From: Candidatus Aenigmatarchaeota archaeon
GTDB lineage: Archaea; Aenigmatarchaeota; Aenigmatarchaeia; CG10238-14; SpSt-28
Assembly: GCA_038733315.1 (NCBI GenBank)
Contig: JAVYPJ010000002.1
Coordinates: 13,943-77,942 of the forward strand
Length of the DNA stretch: 64,000 nucleotides
Reading direction: 5' to 3'
A model generated the notes under the pieces. The model was given only the letters and a program-made list of their open reading frames with translations. It was not told the DNA's origin and searched no databases. The translations under genes and the position numbers were made by a program. Below are positions 20,425-30,296 of the stretch, piece by piece; position 1 is the stretch's first letter; each line of letters begins with the position of its first letter.

Positions 20425-20847
20425 ATGCATCTGAAAGTAAAGAAATTGAGTGAAAGCGCTAAGCTACCTGAAAGAAAAAGAATTGGCGATGCTGGCTTAG
20501 ATTTATATTGCATAGAAAGTTTTGAAATTAATCCAAAAGAAATAAAATTAGTTTCTACTGGAATAGCTGTAGAGATTCCTAAGGGATATGTCGGAATAAT
20601 AAAAGATAGAAGTGGATTAGCAATTAAGGGCTTACATGTTTTAGCTGGGGTAGTTGATGAAAATTATAGAGGAGAAGTTAAAGTAGTTTTAATAAATTTA
20701 GGCAACGAAAAGCTTTCAATAGAAAAAAATTCTAGAATAGCTCAGTTATTAATAATTCCATATTTAAATTGCGATGTTATAGAGGTTAACGAGCTAAGCG
20801 AAAGTAATAGAGGAGAAAAAGGATTCGGAAGCACCGGAATTGCTTAA
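20425..20847 (+). CDS. dut: trimeric dUTPase
   Basis: DAGLDL, DRSGLA, GVVDENYRGEV, RIAQL, RGEKGFGSTG (motifs I-V). Confidence 0.96.
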   Translation: MHLKVKKLSESAKLPERKRIGDAGLDLYCIESFEINPKEIKLVSTGIAVEIPKGYVGIIKDRSGLAIKGLHVLAGVVDENYRGEVKVVLINLGNEKLSIEKNSRIAQLLIIPYLNCDVIEVNELSESNRGEKGFGSTGIA

Positions 20848-20873
20848 ATATTTTTAAGCATTAATATCTTTAA

Positions 20874-21038
20874 ATGGTAATTGTTTGTACTTCGTGCAAC
20901 AAAAAAATATCGATAGGAGAAAATTATAGCAAATTTTATTGCCCAAATTGTCAAGAGTTCGAAATTATAAGATGCAAGGCTTGTAAAAAATCCATAGTAA
21001 CATATATTTGCCCAAATTGTGGATTTAAAGGTCCTTAA
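20874..21038 (+). CDS. small zinc-finger protein (DUF1610/HVO_2753 family)
   Basis: Manual translation MVIVCTSCN...FYCPNC...IRCKAC...YICPNCGFKGP (54 aa); conserved position upstream of aEF-1beta. Confidence 0.88.
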   Translation: MVIVCTSCNKKISIGENYSKFYCPNCQEFEIIRCKACKKSIVTYICPNCGFKGP

Positions 21039-21065
21039 TATTTATTTTTTATCCACTTAAATATA

Positions 21066-21308
21066 ATGGGGAAAGTAATAGTTACGATAAGAGTAATTCC
21101 TGAAAATGAAAGTCAAGAAAAAGAAGTAGTTGAAAAGGTAAAGCCTGAAAAGTACTATAAAAAACCTTTTGTTTTTGGTGTAGAGGCATTGTATATAGAA
21201 AAGATTATAGGTGACGAAGCTGGTGAGATTGAAAAGGTTGAAAAAATTTTAAATGAAATAGGAGTAAGCTATGAAATAGAAAACATTACAAGGATTTTTA
21301 TTGATTAA
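21066..21308 (+). CDS. ef1b: translation elongation factor aEF-1beta
   Basis: MGKVIVTIRVIPE...PFVFGVEAL...DEAG. Confidence 0.85.
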   Translation: MGKVIVTIRVIPENESQEKEVVEKVKPEKYYKKPFVFGVEALYIEKIIGDEAGEIEKVEKILNEIGVSYEIENITRIFID

Positions 21309-21324
21309 TTCAAAAATTACTTTT

Positions 21325-22059
21325 ATGATAAGTAGAGACAAAAAATATTTATTTTTAGCTTTTGACCATTGCGTTGAGCATGGCGTTCACACATATGAAA
21401 ACATAGATTTAAACCCAAAAAGAATTGTAAAAATAGCTGAAAAGGCTAAGGTAGATGCCATAATAGCTCATATAGGTTCAATTATTTTTTCTAAGCCAAA
21501 GATACCAATAATATTAAAGGTTACTGGAAAAACTGAATTGGTTGAAGATAATCATCAAATCCAAACTATTTTTGTTTGTGAGGAAGAAATAGTAAGGTTA
21601 AAGAAAAAGTTTAAACTAATTGGTTTAGCAGCAACGATTTATGTTGGTTCAGATTTTGAAAGCAAAATGATAGAGAATTTTATAAAGATTAAAGAAATTG
21701 CATTAAAGAATAATCTAATTGTTACTGGATTTTTTTATCCAAGAACAAAGAAATTCGATAGATATAGCTACGAAGCAATTTCCTATTCAGCTAGAGTTGG
21801 TTGTGAGTTAAATGCAGATATAATAAAAACTTACTATACTGGATCTATTGAAACTTTTAGGAAAGTTATTAAAAACTGTTTTAAACCAATAGTTGTGGCT
21901 GGAGGAAAGTTAATAGAGGAAGAAGAATTTTTAAAAATTGTAAAAGATGTTATGAAAGCTGGAGCTTCTGGAATAGCCGTTGGCAGAAACGTTTGGCAAA
22001 GAGAAGATAAAGAAGCAATAGAATTGCTTAAAGAGCTAAAAGAGATAGTTCACTCTTAA
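21325..22059 (+). CDS. class I fructose-bisphosphate aldolase (DhnA type)
   Basis: LAFDHCVEHG, YPR, ARVGCELNADIIKTYY, VAGG, GIAVGRNVWQ. Confidence 0.9.
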   Translation: MISRDKKYLFLAFDHCVEHGVHTYENIDLNPKRIVKIAEKAKVDAIIAHIGSIIFSKPKIPIILKVTGKTELVEDNHQIQTIFVCEEEIVRLKKKFKLIGLAATIYVGSDFESKMIENFIKIKEIALKNNLIVTGFFYPRTKKFDRYSYEAISYSARVGCELNADIIKTYYTGSIETFRKVIKNCFKPIVVAGGKLIEEEEFLKIVKDVMKAGASGIAVGRNVWQREDKEAIELLKELKEIVHS

Positions 22060-22060
22060 T

Positions 22061-22669
22061 ATGCTATTATCCGATAAAAAAATAAAAGAATATGTAAAGG
22101 AGGGAAAAATTATGATTACCCCTTTTGAAGAATCTCAGCTTGGACCATCTAGCTATGATTTAAGGCTTGGATTTAAATTCAGAGTTTTTAGAAATATTGG
22201 AGACGCATATATAGATCCTAAGAGTTTTAATGACGAATTAATCAGTAAAGAAGAGAGTGAAGATAGCATTATTTACCATTACAAATATACAGATTTATTT
22301 CAATTAAAGAGTGAGAATTCTGTTTTTGTAATTCATCCATATGAATTTGTTTTAGCTTCAATATATGAATACATAAAACTAAGCGATAACATTGCAGCTC
22401 AAATTCAAGGAAGAAGCTCTTTTGCAAGATTAGGCTTAATAATTCATACTTCAGCAGGCTGGATAGATCCCGGATATTCTGGCTATTTAACGCTAGAAAT
22501 GTTTAATGTAAACAAAAAACCAATAGTTTTAAGACCTCTAATGAAAATAGCTCAAATTTCTTTTTTCGAGGTTAATAGTGTGGAAGTTCCTTATTATAAA
22601 AGAAAAACATCTAAATATATGAATGAAGAAGGGGCAGAATCTTCAAAAATTTCAAAGGATTTTGAATAA
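22061..22669 (+). CDS. dcd: dCTP deaminase
   Basis: LSDKKI, PSSYDLRL, GRSSFARLG..IH..AGWIDPGY.G.LTLE. Confidence 0.95.
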   Translation: MLLSDKKIKEYVKEGKIMITPFEESQLGPSSYDLRLGFKFRVFRNIGDAYIDPKSFNDELISKEESEDSIIYHYKYTDLFQLKSENSVFVIHPYEFVLASIYEYIKLSDNIAAQIQGRSSFARLGLIIHTSAGWIDPGYSGYLTLEMFNVNKKPIVLRPLMKIAQISFFEVNSVEVPYYKRKTSKYMNEEGAESSKISKDFE

Positions 22670-22896
22670 TGGTTAGGAAATGGAAAAAAGTTAATAATAA
22701 ATGCATTGTATGTAATAAAGAAATAGCGAAAATAAAGCTAGAAAATGGAAAAGTCGAAATTCTTGAAAAAACAAATTATTTTGGAAGTTTTGTTAAAGTT
22801 AAAGGAAGCGGAGAGCTAAGAGTAATTTGCAGGAATTGCCAAAAAAATTTGGATAAGCAAAAAAAGAAGTATTTAGAATTTATTAAAACAACTTAG
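22669..22896 (+). CDS. small zinc-binding hypothetical protein
   Basis: CIVC...CRNC; translationally coupled to dcd. Confidence 0.6.
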   Translation: MVRKWKKVNNKCIVCNKEIAKIKLENGKVEILEKTNYFGSFVKVKGSGELRVICRNCQKNLDKQKKKYLEFIKTT

Positions 22897-23606
22897 ATTT
22901 TTAACCAAAGATCTAAAGCGCTAGATTTTTGCTGAAGTATATTTTTTAATTGAAACTCTATTTTTCCATCTGTACTAATACCTATTAAAGCATAATTCCC
23001 TTCTGAAAATTTTCCTGGATTAATTATCAAAGTATTTCCAAGCATGTCATATCCTCTAGCTTCTAATATATGAGAGCATATGGCTAAGTTTATTTTATTT
23101 TTTAAAATAAAGTTTCTAATCTCTTCACTACCAACATGACTGCCACTAACTAAATCCAATCTAGTATCTTTTGGTGGCATATGAGTTACTAAAACTTTTA
23201 TATCCACATTTTTAACCTTTTCGTATAAGCTATTTAAATAAACTTTGAACTCCTTTTCGCTTGGTTCGAGAGATGTAGATTTTATAGGAGTTCTTGCACC
23301 CCCATAGCCGAAAAAAGCAATGTTATCAAAAATAAAAAAATTATTATGAATAAATGTTGAATGTTTTCTAAAGACATCGAATATTTTACCATCATTATTC
23401 CCTGGAATTGTTATTATTGGCTTATTAACAATCTTAAACATTTCTAATATAGTTTCAGCGATAAACTCACTATCATCACTACTTCCGAGCAAATCTCCAT
23501 TAAAAACTAAGCAATCAAAAGCTTCGTTTTCTGAAATCCATAGCAAAAAACTAAGGATGTTTTCAGTTTCTGAATGAATATCTGCTATAGAAACAATTTT
23601 ATGCAT
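22893..23606 (-). CDS. calcineurin-like metallophosphoesterase
   Basis: ADIH, GD, PGNND, VTHMPP, HVGS, SHILE. Confidence 0.88.
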   Translation of the reverse strand: MHKIVSIADIHSETENILSFLLWISENEAFDCLVFNGDLLGSSDDSEFIAETILEMFKIVNKPIITIPGNNDGKIFDVFRKHSTFIHNNFFIFDNIAFFGYGGARTPIKSTSLEPSEKEFKVYLNSLYEKVKNVDIKVLVTHMPPKDTRLDLVSGSHVGSEEIRNFILKNKINLAICSHILEARGYDMLGNTLIINPGKFSEGNYALIGISTDGKIEFQLKNILQQKSSALDLWLKI

Positions 23607-23638
23607 AATATTTTTAAATAAATTTTTAAATATTATCT

Positions 23639-24340
23639 ATGGGAAAAAGGCCAATAATTAGAGCTAGGGGAAAAGGAGGGCCGAGATATTTAGCACCTTC
23701 TCATAGATTTTTCTGTAAATATACATATCCATTAATTTTTGAAAAAATGTATGGAAAAGTTATAGATATTGTTCATACAATTGAAAGGACAGCTCCAATA
23801 GCTATTGTTAAATTAAATAGTGGCCAAATATTCTATCAAATTGCTCCAGATGGTATTAAAACTGGTGATACAATTTCTATTAATGGTGAGCCAAGTATAG
23901 GCAGTGTTTTAATGCTAAAAGATATTCCAGATGGTTCAAAAATTTATGGCATAGAGAAGTTTCCAGGTAGCGGACCAAAGATTTGTAGAGCAGCTGGGAG
24001 TTGCGCAATTTTAATAGGCAAATCAGAGAAGGTTGCTAAAATTCAATTACCAAGCGGAAGAGTTATAGAATTGGATGTTAGATGTAGAGCGAGCATTGGA
24101 ATGCCAGCTGGCTATGGAAGGCAAGAAAAGCCATTTCTAAAAGCTGGTAAAAAGTATTATGCAATGAAAGCAAGGAATAAAAAATGGCCTATTGTTAGCG
24201 CTAGCAAAATGAATCCTGTAGACCATCCATGGGGAGGAAAAAGTAAAAGGCCAAAAATTTCTAAACAAACATCTGCAAGAATGCCATTAAAAGTAGGTAG
24301 CGTAGGGCCAAAATATTGGAAAAAAAGAAAGAAAAAATAA
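23639..24340 (+). CDS. rpl2: 50S ribosomal protein L2
   Basis: MGKRPIIRARGKG...APSHR, KPFLKAG, MNPVDHPWGG. Confidence 0.96.
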   Translation: MGKRPIIRARGKGGPRYLAPSHRFFCKYTYPLIFEKMYGKVIDIVHTIERTAPIAIVKLNSGQIFYQIAPDGIKTGDTISINGEPSIGSVLMLKDIPDGSKIYGIEKFPGSGPKICRAAGSCAILIGKSEKVAKIQLPSGRVIELDVRCRASIGMPAGYGRQEKPFLKAGKKYYAMKARNKKWPIVSASKMNPVDHPWGGKSKRPKISKQTSARMPLKVGSVGPKYWKKRKKK

Positions 24341-24360
24341 ATTATTTAACTTAATAATTT

Positions 24361-25887
24361 ATGTCATACGGATTAAGAGAGGATATTTTAAATAGGTTAA
24401 AAACCTATAAAGAATTAAAAGAAAAAATTGAAGACCCTTTTCTTATAACAAAGTTTGAAATTTCGAATTCAGTAGAAGAAATAGTAAAAAAACAGGAAAA
24501 TTTTTTAGATAAAAATGTAAGAGTTGCTGGAAGAATTTTGGCAATAAGAAGGCATGGAAGCTTAGTTTTTTATGATTTGTATGATAATGGCTTTAGAATT
24601 CAATTAGCTGTTACAAAAGACAAAACGAAAAATTTTGATTATGTAAAAGAATACATTCAAAGAGGAGATATAGTTGGTTGTGAGGGAATTGTTGGAAAAA
24701 CTAAGAAAGGTGAGCTAACGATTTTTTGCAATGAAATAAAAATTTTAGCTAAGGCTCTATTTACTTTACCCGATAAATGGTTCGGATTAGAAGATATAGA
24801 AGAAAGATATAGAAAGAGGCATATAGATGTTATATTAAATGAAAATGTAAGGAAAAATTTTGAATTTAAGGTTAAAACAATTCAATTCCTTAGAAATTAT
24901 TTAATAGATAGGGGCTATTTAGATTTTTCACTCGAAATTCCACTACTTCAACCTATATATGGAGGAGCCTATGCAAAACCTTTTATTACTTATATAAACG
25001 ATTTAAAAGAAAACTGGTTTTTGAGCATAAGCCCTGAAATATACTTAAAAATACTAATAATTTCTGGATTTAATAAGGTTTTTGCAATTACAAAGAATTT
25101 TAGAAATGAAAGTATAGATGTAACTCATAATCCAGAATTTATTGGATTTGAATGGTATGAGGCATATGCAGATAGAGAAAGTAAGTTAAAAGAAATAGAA
25201 GAGATGGTATATTTAGTAGCGAAAGAAATCTTTGGTAAAACAACAATTAAAAGAAGAGTAGGTAATAAGGAGTACGAAATAGATTTAAAGCCGCCATGGA
25301 AAAGAGAAAAAATGGTTGACTTAATTGCTCAGTATGCTGGAATAGATGTAGAAAGTGCTAGTGATGAAAAAATAAAAGAATTTTTGGAAAAGAACAATAT
25401 ACAACTAAAAGTTAAAGAATATAATAGGGGATTAGCGATAGAAGAAATTTTTGGAAATTTTGTAGAAAAAAATTTAATAGAGCCAATTTTTGTTTTGGAT
25501 TATCCAATTGAAACCACTCCGCTTTGCAAACCTTTAAAAGATAATCCTAATTTTGTTGAAAGAGCAGAAGGTTATATCTTTGGAATGGAAATATCGAATG
25601 TTTACAGCGAGCTAAATAATCCAATAGTTCAAAATAAATTATTTTACGAGCAGTCGAAAATGAGAGAGCTTGGTTTTGATGAAGCGCATGAATACGATAA
25701 AAATTTTGTAGAAGCTGTTATGGTAGGCATGCCACCTGCTGGAGGAGCTGGTTTGGGAATAGATAGAGTTTTAATGATTTTATTAGAATTATATAGTATT
25801 AAAGAGGTAATATATTGGCCAATACTAAAAAAGAGGAACGAAAGTGAAGCAGTAGACATTTTAACTAAGGAAACAATTTTTAAATAG
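24361..25887 (+). CDS. lysS: lysyl-tRNA synthetase, class II
   Basis: OB-fold VAGRI..RRHG, YGGAYAKPF, FRNESID.THNPEF, GMPPAGGAGLGIDR. Confidence 0.96.
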   Translation: MSYGLREDILNRLKTYKELKEKIEDPFLITKFEISNSVEEIVKKQENFLDKNVRVAGRILAIRRHGSLVFYDLYDNGFRIQLAVTKDKTKNFDYVKEYIQRGDIVGCEGIVGKTKKGELTIFCNEIKILAKALFTLPDKWFGLEDIEERYRKRHIDVILNENVRKNFEFKVKTIQFLRNYLIDRGYLDFSLEIPLLQPIYGGAYAKPFITYINDLKENWFLSISPEIYLKILIISGFNKVFAITKNFRNESIDVTHNPEFIGFEWYEAYADRESKLKEIEEMVYLVAKEIFGKTTIKRRVGNKEYEIDLKPPWKREKMVDLIAQYAGIDVESASDEKIKEFLEKNNIQLKVKEYNRGLAIEEIFGNFVEKNLIEPIFVLDYPIETTPLCKPLKDNPNFVERAEGYIFGMEISNVYSELNNPIVQNKLFYEQSKMRELGFDEAHEYDKNFVEAVMVGMPPAGGAGLGIDRVLMILLELYSIKEVIYWPILKKRNESEAVDILTKETIFK

Positions 25888-25905
25888 TAATGTTTTTTAG
25901 TTTAT

Positions 25906-26640
25906 ATGGTTGTTAATGGAGGAAAGAAAAAGTATGGTAGAGAGTTGTGGGATAAATACTATAATGAATTATATTCTCTAAACAAAGCTTTAGAAGAATG
26001 TTTAAATTCATTTGTTAAGAATATTCTTGGTAAAGAAAACCATGTTAAAATCTCAAAGAAGTTTGACCTTTTTTCTTTTATACGATCTTTAAGAGTCGAG
26101 TCCAAAATAGAATGGCCAAGCGGAGAGGAAATAGTTAAACAATACTATGAATATAAAAAAGGGAATTGTAAAAAACTGGATTTTAGAGTTAGAACTTATT
26201 CCATAGACAGCAGGACTAAGGAAACGTATAATGTAACTTTATCTTATTTACCTGTTGTGATTTATGGAAGAGAAATATTTTTTCCAAGCTTTTATTCTCA
26301 TACTTGTCATAGAACAGATTTCCATATAATTTCTTTTGGAGATAGGAGAATTATTTGCAAGCATGTTTACTCAGCTATGGATGAAGTTGCAAAAGAGGCT
26401 AAAAAATACAATATGCCCATAGACACAACTATACTACTTCCAAGCGATTTACCAAAATATTTTGAGGAAATACTTAGAATTATAGAAGATAAAAAAAGGT
26501 CAGTTTTAGATAGGCTAAAATATTCTTATTGTAAGCTTATCGGAGGTATCTATAATAGTTTTGACGATAAAAAAACAATAGATTTAGTTTGGAGTATTAT
26601 AAGAATAAACAAAACTATAGAAAGACTGAGCATTAAATAA
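25906..26640 (+). CDS. hypothetical protein with SWIM-like zinc finger
   Basis: YNVTL...SHTC...DF...ICKHV resembles SWIM (C/H-x-C...CxH). Confidence 0.55.
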   Translation: MVVNGGKKKYGRELWDKYYNELYSLNKALEECLNSFVKNILGKENHVKISKKFDLFSFIRSLRVESKIEWPSGEEIVKQYYEYKKGNCKKLDFRVRTYSIDSRTKETYNVTLSYLPVVIYGREIFFPSFYSHTCHRTDFHIISFGDRRIICKHVYSAMDEVAKEAKKYNMPIDTTILLPSDLPKYFEEILRIIEDKKRSVLDRLKYSYCKLIGGIYNSFDDKKTIDLVWSIIRINKTIERLSIK

Positions 26641-26651
26641 TTTTTAATTAT

Positions 26652-26726
26652 GCCTCCGTAGCTCAGCATGGATAGAGCGCCTGCCTCCTAAGCAGGAGGT
26701 CGCGGGTTCAAATCCCGCCGGAGGCA
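26652..26726 (+). tRNA. tRNA-Arg(CCT)
   Basis: GCCTCCGTAGCTCAGCATGGATAGAGCGCCTGCCT-CCT-AAGCAGGAGGTCGCGGGTTCAAATCCCGCCGGAGGCA cloverleaf. Confidence 0.96.
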
Positions 26727-26746
26727 GCTACTAAATTTTTTAATTA

Positions 26747-27520
26747 CTAGTTATACATAGCGTTAATAATTTTTTCTATTTCATTTGATTCGAAAAAGTT
26801 TGCTTGAGATGTAACATAATTTGGATTAATTTCTAAAGTAAAAAGTTTAAACCAATTTTCTAGATAGTTTTTATCCACTTCGACTTTCCTGAAAATAACT
26901 TCTGCTACGTTATACGAGAATTCTGGTAATTGAGGATTCGAACAGAAAATCATAAATTCTTTTCCATAGGTTCTATATTTATCCGACTCCTCAAATATAA
27001 CTATATAACAGTCTAAATCACTATTTTCGTAAGTTTCGATTAAATCAATGTCAGGAAACAGGCCTCTACATAAGTCTTTCAAACACTCGATATCAATCCT
27101 TTCGTTTGGAGTAAATTTTATTGAAAATGTATAAGGTAAACCCTTTTTCATACATTCCTCTATACAGGGTCTCAAAAAAATTTTATTATACAGCTCTGAA
27201 ACGTAATCTGGTTTTAATTCCAAAGTCGCTGTGTTTGTATCTATCATTATTTTTTCTAGCCCATCATAAAGATTTTTGAATTTAATACCTTTGCCCGATA
27301 CTTCATAGGAAGCTTTAAAAAAGTAGTGCTCTGTATAATTTTCCGTTACTACAATCCCTTTTTTTAAATCTGTTAGTTTTGCATCCCGATTGAAAACGTT
27401 CATTAAAGTTTTTTCGTTAGGAGTATGAGAATCGATAATTAAAACTTGGAAAGGGCTATTTAAGGTTTCTGAGAGTTGTTCCTCTTCATATAACTTTTTT
27501 CTTAATTCTCTTTCGTACAT
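26747..27520 (-). CDS. hypothetical protein
   Basis: 257-aa ORF with no motif I recognise. Confidence 0.65.
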   Translation of the reverse strand: MYERELRKKLYEEEQLSETLNSPFQVLIIDSHTPNEKTLMNVFNRDAKLTDLKKGIVVTENYTEHYFFKASYEVSGKGIKFKNLYDGLEKIMIDTNTATLELKPDYVSELYNKIFLRPCIEECMKKGLPYTFSIKFTPNERIDIECLKDLCRGLFPDIDLIETYENSDLDCYIVIFEESDKYRTYGKEFMIFCSNPQLPEFSYNVAEVIFRKVEVDKNYLENWFKLFTLEINPNYVTSQANFFESNEIEKIINAMYN

Positions 27521-27649
27521 TATTAATTTACTACAAAAAGATTAAAATTTTGTTTTGGTCGATATTCAAATTCATTTTTTGCTTCGAAGTATCAACCAAA
27601 TAATATAAAAAAATTAAAGAAATATAAAATTATCCAAATTTTTATTTTT

Positions 27650-30283
27650 ATGAGTTTCAGTAATAAAAATTCGAGCTTAAAAAAATTAATTTCTACATAT
27701 GTAGCTACAGTTATTTTAGTTGTTTTAACAATAGGAATTGGAGTTACATTATATCTTTATTTTTCTGGCTACGTTTCTTATTTAGAAACAAAAACCGAAG
27801 AAACCTCTCCAATAAAATCAATTATAGAATGTTCAAAGGCAAGAATAGATTTTTATTATAGAGTTAAAGGCATTCAAAAAAACTATACAATGCCAATTTC
27901 TAATGAAAGTTTAAAGTTTGAGAATCAAACTCAAATTCAAACTTTATGGCTTTCTGGTTGGAATTATAGAACTCCAATAACAATAAATAATACTCAAAAT
28001 TCAAATACTTTAACTGATTATCAAGTTTTAGTAACAATAAATACTAAAAAACTTATTGAGGGAGAAGGAATCTACGAATTACCAATTTATATTTCTTCTG
28101 TTGGTACAGAATTAACTGATTATCAAATAAAAATTAATATAACAAATACTTCTATATTAGAAAAAATATCAGATGATGGAAGAGATATAAGATTTTTTAA
28201 TAGAAGTACAGATAATCCATATTCTGATACTAATGGATTATTACCTTATTGGATTGAAGAAATTATTCCAAATCAAAGATTAGTCGTTTGGGTGAAAGTA
28301 CCAAATATTACTGCAAGTGGAGGAACTACTATTTATTTGTATTATGGAAATCCTAATGCTAATTCTATGAGTAATGGAGATTTAGTTTTTGAATTTTTTG
28401 ATGATTTTGATAATCTAAATACGAGTATTTGGGCGACATCTGGTTCTGTTAGCATCAATGAAGGAATAGTTATTTTAGATAGAACAACTACTGATGCCAG
28501 ATTATATTCCTTAAATCGTCTATATTCCTCCAAACCTTTTATAACTGAGGTTAAATATCAACATCCTAGCGTATATAGAAATAGATTATATTTAACAACA
28601 TCACAAAACGGTGGTTCCCCAACTAGTTACGACTATGGAATCTTTAGCCCTTCAATATATTGGAATGGATATACTGGTATAACACTTGCTACCAATACTT
28701 GGTATATTGTTAGATGGGAGGATACCACGACAAATTATATTTGGAGAATTCTAGATATGAATTATAATGAAATAATAAGTAGAAATCATGGAAGCCCTAT
28801 ATCTAATACAGGTTATATATCTTTCTCTGGAACTGAGGACAGTTCAAGTGATTTTAGATTGGATTGGATAAGAGTTCGCAAATATACTTCCCCAGAACCA
28901 ACAGTAAATATCGGTAGTGAAAGAATAATAACTCAAATATCATCAGGTGAAAGAATGAGAAATGATTGTGGAGATATTAGATTTACTGATAGTGATGGAA
29001 GAAATTTAAATTATTGGATTGAAAGTGGATGTAATTCTACTAATACAAAAATCTGGGTAAAAGTACCAAATATTACTGCTAATTCAAATAAAATAATTTA
29101 TTTGTATTATGGAAATCCAAATGCTAGTTCAGAAAGTAATCCACACAATACATTAGTTTTTTATGATGATTTTGAAAGTGGACAAATCGATAGTAACAAA
29201 TGGGATATAAAACAGAGTGTAGGTTCAGTAGATATACGTACTGATGTGAGATTTGGAACATATAGCATAGGCAGCGATCAGGGTCCATGGCAAGGTCTTG
29301 GTGAATATATATATGACCAAAATCACTTTTTTCTAAAACTTCCAGATGGACCAAATGTAAAGTACAAAGTAATAAACTATGCCATACGTTGGAAAACGAC
29401 TTATTATTGGGGACATTTTTGTGGTTTTGGTTTCGGAGGAACCGCAGAGGCCTATTTTATACCTTACGATAATGTTTGGCGTTTGTATGAGAGTATAATA
29501 GAACGAATTAATTCATCAACAATAAATGTAACTGTATTTGAAAATGGAGTAAACAAGGGTACATGGAGCTTTACAATACCTCAAAGTACGATTATAACTT
29601 ATGGTATACAGACTCGTCATAATGGGGCTGGTGATAACAGTATCTACGTTCGGGGGGATAATTTTATTGTTCGTAAATACACTTCTCCAGAACCAACAAT
29701 TTCCATAGGAAATGAAGAAATACCAACAAACATCACAACTTCTATCACTCTTATAATCAATTCTCCACTAAACACAACCTACTATTCATCTAGCATACCT
29801 TTAAACATCTCAGCGATATCATACAATTCATCAGCTTTAATAACGGTTTATCTCAACAACCAAGAAATTTATCAAACTAACTTACAAAGCAATACTTGGC
29901 TAAACATTTCTCAAACATTAACAAACTTAAATATAGGAACTTATAGTCTAACTGTAATTATTAATAACTCTTATGGACTTCAAGTTATCGGAAACGTAAC
30001 ATTTAAGATAGAAGAGCAACCTGAAGAACAAGGTATTTTATTATCCTTAGTAAACATAGGTTCAATAGATTTAGGAAACAAATATTTAATAAAATTTTTA
30101 TATGATAATAATAAAATAGAAACAAGAAATATAACAGTTCAAAATCAATTAAAAATCGGAGATTTTTTAGAAATTCCTTTAAAAGATTTGCCTAAGGGAA
30201 AAATTAAAAAAATAGAGGTTTATTGCTTAGATGTATGTCCTGGATTATTAATTGGAATAAAAAGTGTAAATATTGAAGTTTAA
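27650..30283 (+). CDS. pilin-like adhesin with two DUF2341/lectin-like modules
   Basis: KK/LISTYVATVILVVLTI class III-like N-terminus; WNYRTPITI, TDYQV, DIRF, WVKVPNI, YLYYGNPNA, FFDDF and RKYTSPEP motifs, most occurring twice. Confidence 0.85.
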   Translation: MSFSNKNSSLKKLISTYVATVILVVLTIGIGVTLYLYFSGYVSYLETKTEETSPIKSIIECSKARIDFYYRVKGIQKNYTMPISNESLKFENQTQIQTLWLSGWNYRTPITINNTQNSNTLTDYQVLVTINTKKLIEGEGIYELPIYISSVGTELTDYQIKINITNTSILEKISDDGRDIRFFNRSTDNPYSDTNGLLPYWIEEIIPNQRLVVWVKVPNITASGGTTIYLYYGNPNANSMSNGDLVFEFFDDFDNLNTSIWATSGSVSINEGIVILDRTTTDARLYSLNRLYSSKPFITEVKYQHPSVYRNRLYLTTSQNGGSPTSYDYGIFSPSIYWNGYTGITLATNTWYIVRWEDTTTNYIWRILDMNYNEIISRNHGSPISNTGYISFSGTEDSSSDFRLDWIRVRKYTSPEPTVNIGSERIITQISSGERMRNDCGDIRFTDSDGRNLNYWIESGCNSTNTKIWVKVPNITANSNKIIYLYYGNPNASSESNPHNTLVFYDDFESGQIDSNKWDIKQSVGSVDIRTDVRFGTYSIGSDQGPWQGLGEYIYDQNHFFLKLPDGPNVKYKVINYAIRWKTTYYWGHFCGFGFGGTAEAYFIPYDNVWRLYESIIERINSSTINVTVFENGVNKGTWSFTIPQSTIITYGIQTRHNGAGDNSIYVRGDNFIVRKYTSPEPTISIGNEEIPTNITTSITLIINSPLNTTYYSSSIPLNISAISYNSSALITVYLNNQEIYQTNLQSNTWLNISQTLTNLNIGTYSLTVIINNSYGLQVIGNVTFKIEEQPEEQGILLSLVNIGSIDLGNKYLIKFLYDNNKIETRNITVQNQLKIGDFLEIPLKDLPKGKIKKIEVYCLDVCPGLLIGIKSVNIEV

Positions 30284-30296
30284 AATTTTTAAAAAA

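Noticed and set aside
27650-30283. Diversity-generating retroelement target
   Set aside because: No reverse transcriptase and no TR/VR pair differing only at adenines was seen in the window.
26652-30283. Integrated virus or plasmid at tRNA-Arg
   Set aside because: No integrase and no duplicated tRNA 3' end found.
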